Position numbers and translations under genes: made by a program | Shown: positions 32,351 through 41,909 of the stretch, in pieces | How the letters are laid out: each line of letters begins with the position of its first letter | Position numbering within the stretch: the first letter of the stretch is position 1 | NCBI GenBank assembly: GCA_965203905.1 | Contig: CBDBDQ010000005.1 | Coordinates: 32,001-96,000 of the forward strand | Length of the DNA stretch: 64,000 nucleotides | Source: Spirochaetia bacterium | GTDB lineage: Bacteria > Spirochaetota > Spirochaetia > SZUA-6 > Bin103 | Reading direction: 5' to 3' | Notes under the pieces: generated by a model | The model's database searches: none | The model's input: only the letters and a program-made list of their open reading frames with translations | What the model was told of the DNA's origin: nothing

Positions 32351-32448
32351 ATGCGCCCAGGGCGCCGGTCTGCCGGCCCACCCCACGGGTGTGAGAACCG
32401 ACATCTATCAACAGATTCTATAACAGTGAATCCCCGCCGCTGTCAATA

Positions 32449-32521
32449 AGCCACCTGTCGGATTCGAACCGACGACCTCGAGATTACAAGTCACGCGCTC
32501 TGCCAACTGAGCTAAGGTGGC
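32449..32521 (-). tRNA. tRNA-Thr(TGT), CCA not encoded
   Basis: GCCACCT/AGGTGGC acceptor stem, CT-TGT-AA loop and GGTTCGAATCC. Confidence 0.96.
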
Positions 32522-32585
32522 AGGGGAAGGAGGCCATAAACATACTACGCCCGTGCGCCGGTCCCAAGCGTACCCGCGTTCAAGT

Positions 32586-32948
32586 TCAGAATGGCCGCTC
32601 CAGATCGGGCCGCAGGCGCTGCGCCCCATCGAGGTAGACCGGTTGCGGGCGTCCGACCTGCTGCGTGTCATAGGTGACCAACAGCCGCAGGACCCGCGTC
32701 ATCAGGCCCTCCACCGCCGCTTCCTGGACGCAGAACAGCGGAACCTCCCCGAACCGGTCCAGGCGCAAGCCGGTCGCCGGATTGGCCGCCGTCAGGTCCG
32801 GAGTCAGCGAGCAGATTATGGAGACGATCCGCTCGATCTCGATCTGATTCCTGGCGACCACCTCGGTCGCCAGTCTGACTGCGGCCGTGTGGATCGCCTC
32901 CTTGTCATCGGCGCGCACCCTGATGGCGCCGCGTACCGCCACTATCAC
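32586..32948 (-). CDS. aroH: Chorismate mutase, AroH type
   Basis: AVRGAI, TPDLTAANPA, PLFCVQE and VYLDGAQRLRPDL; GGAG RBS before GTG 32948. Confidence 0.9.
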   Translation of the reverse strand: MIVAVRGAIRVRADDKEAIHTAAVRLATEVVARNQIEIERIVSIICSLTPDLTAANPATGLRLDRFGEVPLFCVQEAAVEGLMTRVLRLLVTYDTQQVGRPQPVYLDGAQRLRPDLERPF

Positions 32949-33124
32949 GTCATCTCCCCAGTACCACTCGGGCCACCAGTGCACGCTGCTGTGCCGCACT
33001 CAAGGCGACCGGGTTCCCATCCGGCGGCGCCGCGAAGCGGAACCGCTCCGAGGCTAACAACGACCCCGATCCCACGGGCGCGGAAACCAGCAGTTCATGG
33101 CAGCCGAATTGTAGCGTTCCGGCC

Positions 33125-33475
33125 TCAGAGTTGGAACCAGATCAGCAGGTACATGGAGGCCAGCACCATCGCGGCGGAGAACACCGTGGCCAGCAGGGTG
33201 GCGAACAGCCTCAACAGCGCCGGGGAGGCGCCGGTGAAGACCCGCACTATTCCGTAACCCAGCCGATATACGCCGCTGCCGGAAGCGACGATGGCCGCCA
33301 GCTGCATGAGACGCAGCAACATGAGCTGAGTCTGATCGAGGAACTCCTGGACGTTGCCCAGCAGGTACAGGGCGATGAACAGCGCCAGGTGGACGAATGC
33401 GTACCAGAAGACGCGGCCGCTGAGTTCGCCCAGCGCGACGGCCATGCCGCGTACATCCAGTCGCCACGGTTGCAC
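33125..33475 (-). CDS. Small membrane protein (about 3 TM)
   Basis: Hydrophobic helices and the segment YLLGNVQEFLDQTQLMLL. Confidence 0.7.
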   Translation of the reverse strand: MQPWRLDVRGMAVALGELSGRVFWYAFVHLALFIALYLLGNVQEFLDQTQLMLLRLMQLAAIVASGSGVYRLGYGIVRVFTGASPALLRLFATLLATVFSAAMVLASMYLLIWFQL

Positions 33476-33505
33476 TGCGTTCAGCGAATCCCCGATACTC
33501 GCCGC

Positions 33506-34372
33506 ATGAGGGCCCTGATCAGCATCCTGTTGCTGTTAGGTGCAGCGGGCGCCATCTTCGTGGCCGGCTGGATCCAGATTCTGCTGCCCCCCGCCACCTA
33601 CGGGGTACTCTTTTCCAAGACGGGCGGATTCGACCCCCGGGTCATGGCGCCGGGCGTCTTCGTCTGGCGCTGGGAACGGGTCATTCCCAACAATGTGACG
33701 TTGTTCCTGTTCGAAGTACAGCCCCATTCCATCGAGACACGCCTCAGTGGCGAACTGCCTTCCGCGGAAGCGGTCGCCAGCATGCTTCCCGGCGCTGCCA
33801 GTGCTGCCGATTTCCGCTACCAGGCGACGGTCAGCGTGACCTTCGCCATCCGTCCCGACGCGCTCCCCGCGCTGGTGTCCGGCCAGGGCCTGACGCCGGA
33901 AGACCTGGACCACTGGACCGGGATGAAGGGAACCGCGGTGGCCCGGGCCGCCCTGGAGCTGCTGCAACGGCGAGCCCAGGCTGCGGCGCTGTCGGATCTG
34001 GCAGCGCTGGAAGCGGAGATTCGCGACCCGCTGGCTGCAAGGTTTCCCGAGCTGCAGGTGCTTGGCGTCCGCTTCAGCGATCTCCACTTGCCCGACATCG
34101 AGATCTACGAACGCGGCCGACGCGCCTACCTGGAGCTGATGAACTCCCAGTATGAAGCGCGGCGGGCGGCGGTTGTCGACCTCGCACAGGAGCGCGAACG
34201 CGGTCTCGCCGCCCAGGAGACGCGCCGCGCCGCGCTGCAGGTGCTGCGCGAGTACGGGATGGTGCTGCAGGAGTATCCCGTCCTGATCCAGTTCCTGGCC
34301 CTGCAGAACGGCGCCGGCCGAGACGCCTTTCTCAACCTGCCGGAGCCGCTTTCAGCCACGGAGACCCCCTGA
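33506..34372 (+). CDS. Membrane-anchored SPFH/band-7-like protein
   Basis: N-terminal TM, GVLFSKTGG...PGVFVWRWE, and a C-terminal coiled coil ending YPVLIQFL. Confidence 0.7.
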   Translation: MRALISILLLLGAAGAIFVAGWIQILLPPATYGVLFSKTGGFDPRVMAPGVFVWRWERVIPNNVTLFLFEVQPHSIETRLSGELPSAEAVASMLPGAASAADFRYQATVSVTFAIRPDALPALVSGQGLTPEDLDHWTGMKGTAVARAALELLQRRAQAAALSDLAALEAEIRDPLAARFPELQVLGVRFSDLHLPDIEIYERGRRAYLELMNSQYEARRAAVVDLAQERERGLAAQETRRAALQVLREYGMVLQEYPVLIQFLALQNGAGRDAFLNLPEPLSATETP

Positions 34373-34384
34373 CAGCCCGCCGCC

Positions 34385-35044
34385 TCAGCCGGGCGGTAAG
34401 GGAAGCGCTGCCAGGTTGCGGATCATCAGCATCCGGCCCTGGCCCACGGTCACCTGCCACTCATCGGTCACTACCACGTTGCTGACGCTGGCGAAGCCGC
34501 GCTGGAAGCACAGTCCATCCAGCGGCCAGCGCAAACCGCGCGAGACCAACCCGGACACCTTCGCGGACAGCGGGAACAGCGACACCGTGCTGTGGCGATG
34601 CCCGGAGAATCGCGCGGTGCCGGCGATCACCTCCATGTGCTCGGCGGCGGTAAGCCAGACGCGAAGCCGCCGATCGCGCTCGAACAGGCCCAGCACGGCG
34701 AGTTGGTGGTCGAACCGCCCAGCGCCGCCGCCGGCTACGATCACCCGGACGCAACCCAGCTCCGCCAGCGCTTCCAGACCGAGCTCGGCGTCGGTCAGCG
34801 CCTTGTCCGCCGCGGCCCGGCGGACGCGCTGCGGCGGCAGCGCGTCCAGTTCCCGACGGTGGATCACGGAGTCGAAATCACCGACCACCAGGTCCGGCTG
34901 CAGCCCCAGCTCCAAGGCCAGGTCGAATCCGCTGTCCGCGGCCACCACCTCGGCAACACCGCACAGGTAGGGTGCAACGACCTCGCGCGACGGCCCGGCG
35001 CCACCGAGCAGCAGGAGGCCGGCGGGTCCCGCGGAGTCAGCCAT
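34385..35044 (-). CDS. thiN: Thiamine diphosphokinase
   Basis: AADSG, VGDFDS, TDAELG, GRFDH, GLRWPL and SVSN. Confidence 0.92.
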   Translation of the reverse strand: MADSAGPAGLLLLGGAGPSREVVAPYLCGVAEVVAADSGFDLALELGLQPDLVVGDFDSVIHRRELDALPPQRVRRAAADKALTDAELGLEALAELGCVRVIVAGGGAGRFDHQLAVLGLFERDRRLRVWLTAAEHMEVIAGTARFSGHRHSTVSLFPLSAKVSGLVSRGLRWPLDGLCFQRGFASVSNVVVTDEWQVTVGQGRMLMIRNLAALPLPPG

Positions 35045-35157
35045 CGCGACACTGTAACGCGCCGTTCGCGCAGCTCACAACCGACCCCGGTGGGCCGCCC
35101 GTGCGCCTGGCGCCAAACGCAGGGCGGAGGAGTCCCGAAGCGAGGTACACTATCACC

Positions 35158-36576
35158 GTGGTGCCGTCCGTTCCCCGAGTGGTCAAGCGTTTCGCACGCC
35201 CGTTTGCCGCCAGTGGGTTCCAATGCTGGCTGGTGGGCGGCGCGGTGCGGGACCTGTTCATGCGTCGCTCCGGCGGCGACTACGACCTGGCCACCGATGC
35301 CCGACCCGAGCAGGTGCGTGCGCTGTACCGGCACGCCATTCCCACCGGCGTGCGACACGGCACGGTGACCGTCCCGTACGCCGGGCACCACATTGAAGTC
35401 ACCACCTTCCGCAGCGAGTCCGACTACCGCGACGGGCGGCGTCCGGCCCAGGTCAGCTTTGCTACCTCCATCGAGGAGGATCTGAGCCGGCGCGACTTCA
35501 CCATCAACGGAATCGCCATGGAGGTGCCGGGCGGACGCATCGTCGACCCGTTCGGCGGCCGCGGCGACCTGGAGCGCAGGCTGATCCGCGCCATCGGGGA
35601 CGCCGCGCAGCGCTTCGCCGAGGACGGGCTGCGACCGCTACGCGCCTGCCGCTTCGCCGCGCAACTCGGGTTTCAGGTCGACGCTCCCACGCAGGATGCG
35701 ATCGGCCCCAGCCTGGGCACCGTGCAGCGCGTGTCCGCGGAGCGCATCCGTGGTGAAATCGAGGCGATCCTGCTCGCCCCGAAGCCCTCGGCAGGCCTCT
35801 GGCTGATGCAGGAGACCGGGTTGCTCGACCTTCTGCTTCCCGAGTTGCAGCGCTGCGTCGGAGTCGAGCAGCGCCAGCCGCCCGGCCGCCCCGCCGGCGC
35901 GCCGGAATTCGACGTGTTCACCCACTCACTGGCGGCCTGCGACGCCAGTGAGCCGGAGCTGGAGTTGCGCTGGGCGGGCCTGTTGCACGATGTCGGCAAG
36001 GCCACCACCCTGGTCCGCGCCGCCGACGGATCCTTGAGCTTCCACCATCACGACCGAGAGTCGGCCCGCATGGCGCACGAGATCCTGGAGCGGCTGCGTG
36101 CGCCGCACTCGCTGCGCGACGGCGTTGCCCACCTGGTCGCGCATCACATGTTCAACTTCGACGAACAATGGTCGGACGCCGCGGTTCGCCGCTTCGTGGC
36201 GCGTGTCGGCCGCGACCGGATCGACAAGCTGCTGGCGCTGCGCAGAGCGGACCAGCTCGGACGTTACGGCGAGGAGCACCGAACGCGCCCCTCGCCCCGG
36301 CTGGTCGCCCTGGCGCAACGGGTCAGCGCCGTGATGGAGCGCCGGGAAGCCGTTACGGTGCGCGACCTGGCGGTCAACGGCAGCGACCTGATGGCGCATC
36401 TGAACCTGGCGCCGGGACCGATCATCGGCATCCTGCTGCGGCAGCTCCTGGAAGCGGTGCTCGAAGATCCGGCGCTCAACGAGCGCGACCGCCTGTTGCA
36501 CTACGCCGGCAACTTCCACCGCTCACGTCTGGTGGACGGCACCGCCGCCTCTGCGCGCCGGCAACCGCCGGGCTGA
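35158..36576 (+). CDS. cca: Class II tRNA nucleotidyltransferase (CCA-adding) with HD domain
   Basis: VGGAVRD, DYDLAT, RRDFTIN, RFAEDGLRPLRACRF and LLHDVGK. Confidence 0.88.
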   Translation: MVPSVPRVVKRFARPFAASGFQCWLVGGAVRDLFMRRSGGDYDLATDARPEQVRALYRHAIPTGVRHGTVTVPYAGHHIEVTTFRSESDYRDGRRPAQVSFATSIEEDLSRRDFTINGIAMEVPGGRIVDPFGGRGDLERRLIRAIGDAAQRFAEDGLRPLRACRFAAQLGFQVDAPTQDAIGPSLGTVQRVSAERIRGEIEAILLAPKPSAGLWLMQETGLLDLLLPELQRCVGVEQRQPPGRPAGAPEFDVFTHSLAACDASEPELELRWAGLLHDVGKATTLVRAADGSLSFHHHDRESARMAHEILERLRAPHSLRDGVAHLVAHHMFNFDEQWSDAAVRRFVARVGRDRIDKLLALRRADQLGRYGEEHRTRPSPRLVALAQRVSAVMERREAVTVRDLAVNGSDLMAHLNLAPGPIIGILLRQLLEAVLEDPALNERDRLLHYAGNFHRSRLVDGTAASARRQPPG

Positions 36577-36587
36577 GCGCTGCGCGG

Positions 36588-37394
36588 TCAGGAACGGGCG
36601 CGCCGGAGGCCCGATGGGCCGTCGCTGGACGGGGCGGAGTCGTTCAGTGCCGCGTAGGCGTGAGAAGCAGCCTCCTGCTCCGCCTCCTTCTTGTTCTTGC
36701 CGGAACCCGGCCCGTAGACGTGGCCGTTGAGCCGTACCTCGATCCAGAAGGTTCTGTCGTGATCGGGCCCCTCCTGCCGCACTACCCGGTACCGCGGGTA
36801 GGAGCGATAGCGCTTCTGAGCCAGCTCCTGCAGCAGGGTCTTGAAGTCCTGGCGGTGGGTGTTGCTCAGCACCCGGTGAATCTCCACCCGCAGGTGACGC
36901 AGCACGAACTCCTGCGCCGCTGCGCCGCCGGCGTCGAGGTAATAGGCGCCGATTATCGCTTCCATGGCATCGGCCATGATCGCCTTCCTGCCGCGGCCGC
37001 CCGAACGCTCTTCGCCGCGACCGATCAGGAGGTAGTCCTGCAGGCGTAGCTGCGTCGCCCAGTCGTACAAGGTTTCCTCGCTCACCACGAACGACTTGAT
37101 ACGCGCCAGCTCGCCCTCGGTGCGGCGACCGCTCGTCGCGTACAACTCGTCGCTGATCGCCAGACCCAGGACGGCATCACCGAGGAACTCGAGCTTCTCG
37201 TTGTTGGCCAGCGTACCGGGACCCGCCTCGTGAGCGAACGAACGGTGACACAACGCCAGATTGAGCAGGCTCGCATCGCGGAAACGGATTGCCGCGCTAC
37301 GCTCGAAGCGCCGCAGCCGGGCGTAGCGGGCGCGGTCGACCGGCGGAGCGGGCTCCGCGGATGCGCGGCTCCTGCGACGACGTATGAAGGGCAT
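36588..37394 (-). CDS. rnc: Ribonuclease III
   Basis: NEKLEFLGDAVL, ADAMEAIIGA and a dsRBD (DFKTLLQE...KKEAEQEAA). Confidence 0.97.
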   Translation of the reverse strand: MPFIRRRRSRASAEPAPPVDRARYARLRRFERSAAIRFRDASLLNLALCHRSFAHEAGPGTLANNEKLEFLGDAVLGLAISDELYATSGRRTEGELARIKSFVVSEETLYDWATQLRLQDYLLIGRGEERSGGRGRKAIMADAMEAIIGAYYLDAGGAAAQEFVLRHLRVEIHRVLSNTHRQDFKTLLQELAQKRYRSYPRYRVVRQEGPDHDRTFWIEVRLNGHVYGPGSGKNKKEAEQEAASHAYAALNDSAPSSDGPSGLRRARS

Positions 37395-37456
37395 GTCTCC
37401 TCTCCCGCCGGGGAGCGGCGGCGTCGGGGTGGCGATCCACGCCCGACGGAGGGCGG

Positions 37457-37702
37457 CTACTTGTTGCTGACCTGAGACTCGATGAAGGCGAGCGCGTCCT
37501 TGACCGTCTCGAACTCGTTTGCCTTCTCGTCGGGGATGGTGATCCCCAACTCTTCCTCAATGGCGTACACGAGCTCGTAGGTATCCAGACTGTCAGCTCC
37601 CAGATCCTGACGAAATGACGATTCGAGCGTGATCTTGCCCTCGTCGATCTCCAGACGGTCGGCGATGAGCTTCTTCATCTTGTCGAAAAGCTGGTCGTCC
37701 AT
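37457..37702 (-). CDS. acpP: Acyl carrier protein
   Basis: DLGADSLD phosphopantetheine motif. Confidence 0.97.
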   Translation of the reverse strand: MDDQLFDKMKKLIADRLEIDEGKITLESSFRQDLGADSLDTYELVYAIEEELGITIPDEKANEFETVKDALAFIESQVSNK

Positions 37703-37730
37703 CGAAATGCCCTCCAAGGCTACGAGCCGG

Positions 37731-37925
37731 TTACGCCAAGTCGTCCGGACTCAGCACCTGACGTCCGCGATAGTGGCCGCAAGCATGGCACACGCGGTGC
37801 AATACCATCCGACTGCCACACTGTGGGCACTCGATGATGCTCGGAAGTGAAACACGCATGTTGACTGCACGCCTGCGACGGCTCCGCGCTTTGGAGTGTT
37901 TCCGTCTTGGCCCTATAGACGCCAT
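37731..37925 (-). CDS. rpmF: 50S ribosomal protein L32
   Basis: PRRKHSKARSRRRR...CPQCG...HRVCHACGHY. Confidence 0.95.
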   Translation of the reverse strand: MASIGPRRKHSKARSRRRRAVNMRVSLPSIIECPQCGSRMVLHRVCHACGHYRGRQVLSPDDLA

Positions 37926-38033
37926 TCTCTGTTCCCGATTCGGCGCGCCGGCTAACGACGCTCACGTAATAGTTTAGTGGACCGCCACGGTCCGGCCCCC
38001 TGACGGGACGCGCAGCCGTGGCAAAGCTTGCGA

Positions 38034-38063
38034 AAACTAACGTACCGCGCACGCAAATGTCAA
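38034..38063 (-). promoter_or_regulatory. sigma70 promoter for rpmF-acpP-rnc
   Basis: TTGACA-N18-TAGTTT on the minus strand. Confidence 0.55.
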
Positions 38064-38172
38064 GCGACAGGAGGCGGGAGAGGCGGGAGACCTTGGTGAT
38101 CTCGCGGCCCCGGTTCGCCACCCGCCGCTCCACCGACCTGCCAGCGGCTGGCCGTGGGCAGGTGCCGCGCGC

Positions 38173-38670
38173 TCAGCCTGTCGGTGACGTGGCCAGGCGG
38201 CCCAGCTTCTGCGTCAGTGCCCGGGCCACCACTTCCGGCACCATGCTGCGGACGTCGCCACCGAAGCGGGCCACCTCCTTGATGCCGGACGAACGCAACA
38301 CGAAGTATTTCTGGTCGGTGGGGAGGAAAATCGTCTCGATCCGGGGGAACAGCGCCTTGTTCATCATCGACAGCTCGAATTCGTACTCGAAGTCGGAGAG
38401 GGCACGCACCCCGCGCAACAGGGTGTGGATCCCCTCGCGGCGAGCGAACTCGACGATCAGCCCCTGCCACACGTGCACCTCGGCGTTGGGAAGATCCCGC
38501 ACCAGGCTGGTGATCATCTCCAGTCGCTCCTGAGCCGAGAACAAGGCAGCCTTGTCGGGATTGACGGCGATCACCACCACCACCCTGCCGAACATGCGCG
38601 CCGCGCGGCGCATCAGGTCCAGGTGCCCATTGGTGGGAGGATCGAAGGTACCGGGGAAGATTACCTGCAT
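38173..38670 (-). CDS. coaD: Phosphopantetheine adenylyltransferase
   Basis: FPGTFDPPTNGHLD, RGVRALSDFEYE and SSGIKE. Confidence 0.97.
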   Translation of the reverse strand: MQVIFPGTFDPPTNGHLDLMRRAARMFGRVVVVIAVNPDKAALFSAQERLEMITSLVRDLPNAEVHVWQGLIVEFARREGIHTLLRGVRALSDFEYEFELSMMNKALFPRIETIFLPTDQKYFVLRSSGIKEVARFGGDVRSMVPEVVARALTQKLGRLATSPTG

Positions 38671-38704
38671 GGCACGCTACCGCCCCGAAGCCGGCATATT
38701 CGGA

Positions 38705-38869
38705 TTAGTCTCCCTTGCGGCTGTTGCGGCGGGTAAGCGGATGGTCGCCGGGGACCAGGATGTCAGCCAGCACCGATGCTACCTGAACCAGCGCGTACGC
38801 GAGGTAGTGCGGATCGCGGAGCTTCCGGCGATACTCCGCCAGGCGACGGGCGTCCAGCGCTCCGTTCAC
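38705..38869 (-). CDS. 54-aa small protein absent from the ORF track
   Basis: The GTG overlaps the yraN stop (GTGA). It reads MNGALDARRLAEYRRKLRDPHYLAYALVQVASVLADILVPGDHPLTRRNSRKGD* with GC3-rich codons and fills the gap to coaD. Confidence 0.65.
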   Translation of the reverse strand: MNGALDARRLAEYRRKLRDPHYLAYALVQVASVLADILVPGDHPLTRRNSRKGD

Positions 38870-39225
38870 CCTTCGAACGCTCCCACGACATGCAGCGCGA
38901 CACTGCCGTCGCGGACCAGGATAACGTCGAACCGCTGCCGCAATGACCCATAACGAGAGAAATTACGCATCAGGTACACGCGCGCCACCGAAACCATGCG
39001 CCGCTGTTTGCGGCGATCTACGGCATGTTCCAGGCCCTCGGCAGGGAGCCTGCGCCAGGACTTCACTTCCACGAACACCAACTCTTCGCCGTGGCGTGCG
39101 ACAAGATCGATCTCACCGCGACGGGTACGCACGTTACGGTCCACGACCCGGTAGCCGAGCCGGCGCAGGTAGACCGCGGCGATGGATTCACCGATGGGGC
39201 CCCGTTGTGCCGAACCACGCGCCAA
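38866..39225 (-). CDS. yraN: YraN family (UPF0102) PD-(D/E)xK protein
   Basis: GE..A..YL...RN....GEIDLVA...FVEVK...RFDV. Confidence 0.9.
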   Translation of the reverse strand: MARGSAQRGPIGESIAAVYLRRLGYRVVDRNVRTRRGEIDLVARHGEELVFVEVKSWRRLPAEGLEHAVDRRKQRRMVSVARVYLMRNFSRYGSLRQRFDVILVRDGSVALHVVGAFEG

Positions 39226-39327
39226 TCTCCCCGCACCTCCCGGCCGGGCGTTGCCCGCAGCAGCTCAGCGGCACGAACGGCTCCAGCGTCCTGCCGCTGC
39301 GGTGCGGGCTTCCGCCACATTCTCCAA

Positions 39328-39536
39328 GAGTATCAATGCCCGCCCGTGACGCGGCGCTTTTGCCAAGTGGCCATTTTCCATTCATGCCAGTCATGAGGCC
39401 TTCGCCAAGCCCGCCGTTGACAGGCGGCGCCGGGCCATCCAACCGGGCCCGCTGGACCGGGGTCCAGCCGCCCCGTGACGGCCAGCCGGCGGTCCGGCCT
39501 CAAGCCCTGCGGGGCTTGGTCGCGGCGCACCGACTC
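39328..39536 (-). ncRNA. Candidate structured ncRNA of about 210 nt with 6S-like architecture (strand uncertain)
   Basis: The ends pair (GAGUCGGUGC-GCCGCGAC with GUCACGGGCGG-GCAUUGAUACUC). There is a central asymmetric bubble and a long apical arm closed by UGAGGCC/GGCCUCA. TACTAT lies 7 nt upstream. Confidence 0.45.
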
Positions 39537-39632
39537 CTCGCTAATAGTATCGTCAACTTCGCGCCGCAGATTATGAACTTTCGAAGCGCCGGTTGCCGTG
39601 CGGGCTGCCTCGCCCGCCGGCGCCGCCCGCCC

Positions 39633-39992
39633 TCAGCGCTTGGCGGCGACCAGTTCCTTGACCTTGGCGGCCTTGCCCACGCGATCGCGCAGGTAGTAGA
39701 GCTTGGCACGCCGCACGCGGCCGCGGCGAACCACTTCGATGCGGGCGATCTTGGGGCTATGCATCGGGAATACCCGCTCGACGCCGATTCCGTACGACAT
39801 CTTGCGAACCATACAGGTCCGACCCAACCCCTTGCCGCGAATACTGATGCAGATCCCTTCATAAACCTGCACCCGCTCGGTCTTGCCCTCGATGATCCTG
39901 AAGTGGACGCGAATCGTGTCGCCCACGGCGAACGGGGTAAGGTCGTCCCGCGCCTGCGGCTGCTCCACCTCGCGCAATAGCTGGTTACTCAT
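39633..39992 (-). CDS. rplS: 50S ribosomal protein L19
   Basis: [17 protein letters not shown] and [11 protein letters not shown]. Confidence 0.97.
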   Translation of the reverse strand: MSNQLLREVEQPQARDDLTPFAVGDTIRVHFRIIEGKTERVQVYEGICISIRGKGLGRTCMVRKMSYGIGVERVFPMHSPKIARIEVVRRGRVRRAKLYYLRDRVGKAAKVKELVAAKR

Positions 39993-40704
39993 GTTCCTTG
40001 CCTCCAATCGGTGCTGGTATCGGCGTCGGCGCGGGCGGTCGCGCCAACAGGTCGGGACGGTAGCGCTGGGTCTTCATCAGACGCTGCTCGTGGCGCCACG
40101 CCTCGATCCGGGCATGGTTCCCCGACAGCAGCACGCCCGGTACCCGCTGGCCGTCGAACTCTTCCGGCCGGGTGTAATGGGGGTACTCCAGAAGATTGTC
40201 CGCAAAGCTCTCATCACGCAGCGACTCCCGGTTGATCACCCCGTGTACCACCCGTGCCACCGCTTCTATCACCACCATCGCGGCCACCTCGCCGCCGCCG
40301 AGCACGTAATCGCCGATGGACAGTTCCTCGTCGACATAGCGGTCGATGATGCGCTGATCGACCCCTTCGTAGCGTCCTGCAATCAGCAGAATCGACTCAC
40401 GCGCCGCATAATCCTGCACCACGCGCTGGTTGAGCAGCCGCCCGGCGGGGGACAGATACACCGTCCACCGGTGGCTCGCGTCCAGGCTGGTGAGAGCCGC
40501 CGCCAGCGGCTCGGGCCGCAGTACCATACCGGCGCCGCCGCCGTAGGGGTAGTCGTCACAGGTACGGTGTCGGTCCCTCGCAAACTCACGCAGCGCCACC
40601 AGCTCGATCTCCACCTGTCCGGCGCGCCGCGCACGACCGAGAATGCTGGTATCCAGGAACCCGGCGAAGATCTCCGGGAACAGGGTCAGGACGGTAAACT
40701 TCAT
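39985..40704 (-). CDS. trmD: tRNA (guanine37-N1)-methyltransferase
   Basis: [26 protein letters not shown] and [11 protein letters not shown]. Confidence 0.97.
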   Translation of the reverse strand: MKFTVLTLFPEIFAGFLDTSILGRARRAGQVEIELVALREFARDRHRTCDDYPYGGGAGMVLRPEPLAAALTSLDASHRWTVYLSPAGRLLNQRVVQDYAARESILLIAGRYEGVDQRIIDRYVDEELSIGDYVLGGGEVAAMVVIEAVARVVHGVINRESLRDESFADNLLEYPHYTRPEEFDGQRVPGVLLSGNHARIEAWRHEQRLMKTQRYRPDLLARPPAPTPIPAPIGGKEHE

Positions 40705-41234
40705 GGCCGCTCGAATTCGTCCGCCAGCTCGATGCGCCGCGCGTCTACGTTCACGTAAGGTACGAACATTTCGCGAAACGGGACCAGGAACGGCTCGCCG
40801 GCGGTATCGGTAACCTCCAGCATGTCGCCACCGCCGGCATCGATCACGTTGGTCACCGTACCGACCGCGCGCGCTCCCTGATAGACGGCGCAGCGGCACA
40901 GGTCGGCCGCATAGAACTCGCCCGGATGCAGCATGCTGGCCTGGCAGCGCGGAACCCACAGCTCCCACCCGGTCAAGTCGCGTGCCTGCTCGCGGGCACT
41001 CACCCCATCGAATCGCATGATCACCTTGGCGCCAACCTGCCGCACCTCGGCCACGGTGCCGCACCGCCGCCGGCCGCTGCGCCGCTCGCGAAGCTCCACC
41101 TCACGCAGCCGGAACAGGTGTTCGGTATCGCCCGAAAAACTGCGTACCGCCTGCATGCCGTGCACGCCGTAGGGCGCACCGAGGCGTGCAGTGGCGACCT
41201 TCGCATCGCGCATGGGACCATCGTTCACCGGCAC
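40701..41234 (-). CDS. rimM: Ribosome maturation factor RimM
   Basis: APYGVHG, EFYAADL and LVPF; canonical position in the operon. Confidence 0.92.
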   Translation of the reverse strand: MPVNDGPMRDAKVATARLGAPYGVHGMQAVRSFSGDTEHLFRLREVELRERRSGRRRCGTVAEVRQVGAKVIMRFDGVSAREQARDLTGWELWVPRCQASMLHPGEFYAADLCRCAVYQGARAVGTVTNVIDAGGGDMLEVTDTAGEPFLVPFREMFVPYVNVDARRIELADEFERP

Positions 41235-41344
41235 AGCGGCGCTCCGACCCGAGACAGGGAACCCTCTGGCAGGGAACCCTAACGCCCCGATACCGTCGCC
41301 TTTCGGCGTCGCTGCTGGCCCATCCCGTCCTGGTGATCCAGATC

Positions 41345-41578
41345 CTAGTCGAGGATCTCCAGTACCACGCGCTTGCCGGTCTTGGTTGCGGAGGCACTCA
41401 GGATGGTGCGAATCGACTTGGCGATCCTGCCATGCTTACCGATCACCTTGCCAAGGTCGTCGCCGGCAACACGCAGCTCCAGGATCGTCGACTTCTCGCC
41501 TTCGATCATATTTACGATGACCGCTTCCGGCTCGTCGACCAATGACCTTGCGATGAACTCTACGAGTTCCTTTTCCAC
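41345..41578 (-). CDS. khpA: KH-domain RNA-binding protein
   Basis: [17 protein letters not shown]; between rpsP and rimM. Confidence 0.93.
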   Translation of the reverse strand: MEKELVEFIARSLVDEPEAVIVNMIEGEKSTILELRVAGDDLGKVIGKHGRIAKSIRTILSASATKTGKRVVLEILD

Positions 41579-41625
41579 GTGATGCTCCTGGTCAGAAAGG
41601 CCCCGAGGGGCTCCCTAGCAGCCCG

Positions 41626-41883
41626 CTAGCCGCTGGTGATCTGGACGTCCTTCTTGTTCAGAAGGCGCCGTACGGTCGGGCTCGGTCGCGCCCCGCGCTG
41701 CAACCAGTCCCTGATCCGCGGCTCGTCGATGCGGATCTGCTCCTCTTCCGGCTCGATGGGGTGGTACAGGCCAACTTCCTCGATGGCGCGGCCATCGCGC
41801 GGGGCACGCGTATCCATGACCACCATCCGATAGTAGGGGCGCTTCCTGGTACCGAAGCGCTTCAATCGTATCTTGACACTCAA
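41626..41883 (-). CDS. rpsP: 30S ribosomal protein S16
   Basis: VKIRLKRFG..KRPYYR...RDGRAIE. Confidence 0.97.
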   Translation of the reverse strand: MSVKIRLKRFGTRKRPYYRMVVMDTRAPRDGRAIEEVGLYHPIEPEEEQIRIDEPRIRDWLQRGARPSPTVRRLLNKKDVQITSG

Positions 41884-41909
41884 TCTGATCTGGCTCCTTG
41901 GCGTATGGA

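Noticed and set aside
32252-32404. N-terminal extension of the YkgJ ORF
   Set aside because: It runs through tRNA-Tyr, so the true start must be downstream.
35158-36576. Poly(A) polymerase (pcnB)
   Set aside because: It lacks the [LIV]GRRF signature (has TGVRHGT instead) and carries an HD domain, which fits a tRNA nucleotidyltransferase.
39226-39632. SRP RNA or c-di-GMP riboswitch near the ffh operon
   Set aside because: No SRP domain IV (CAGG-GNRA-AGCA) motif and no complete GEMM motif were seen.
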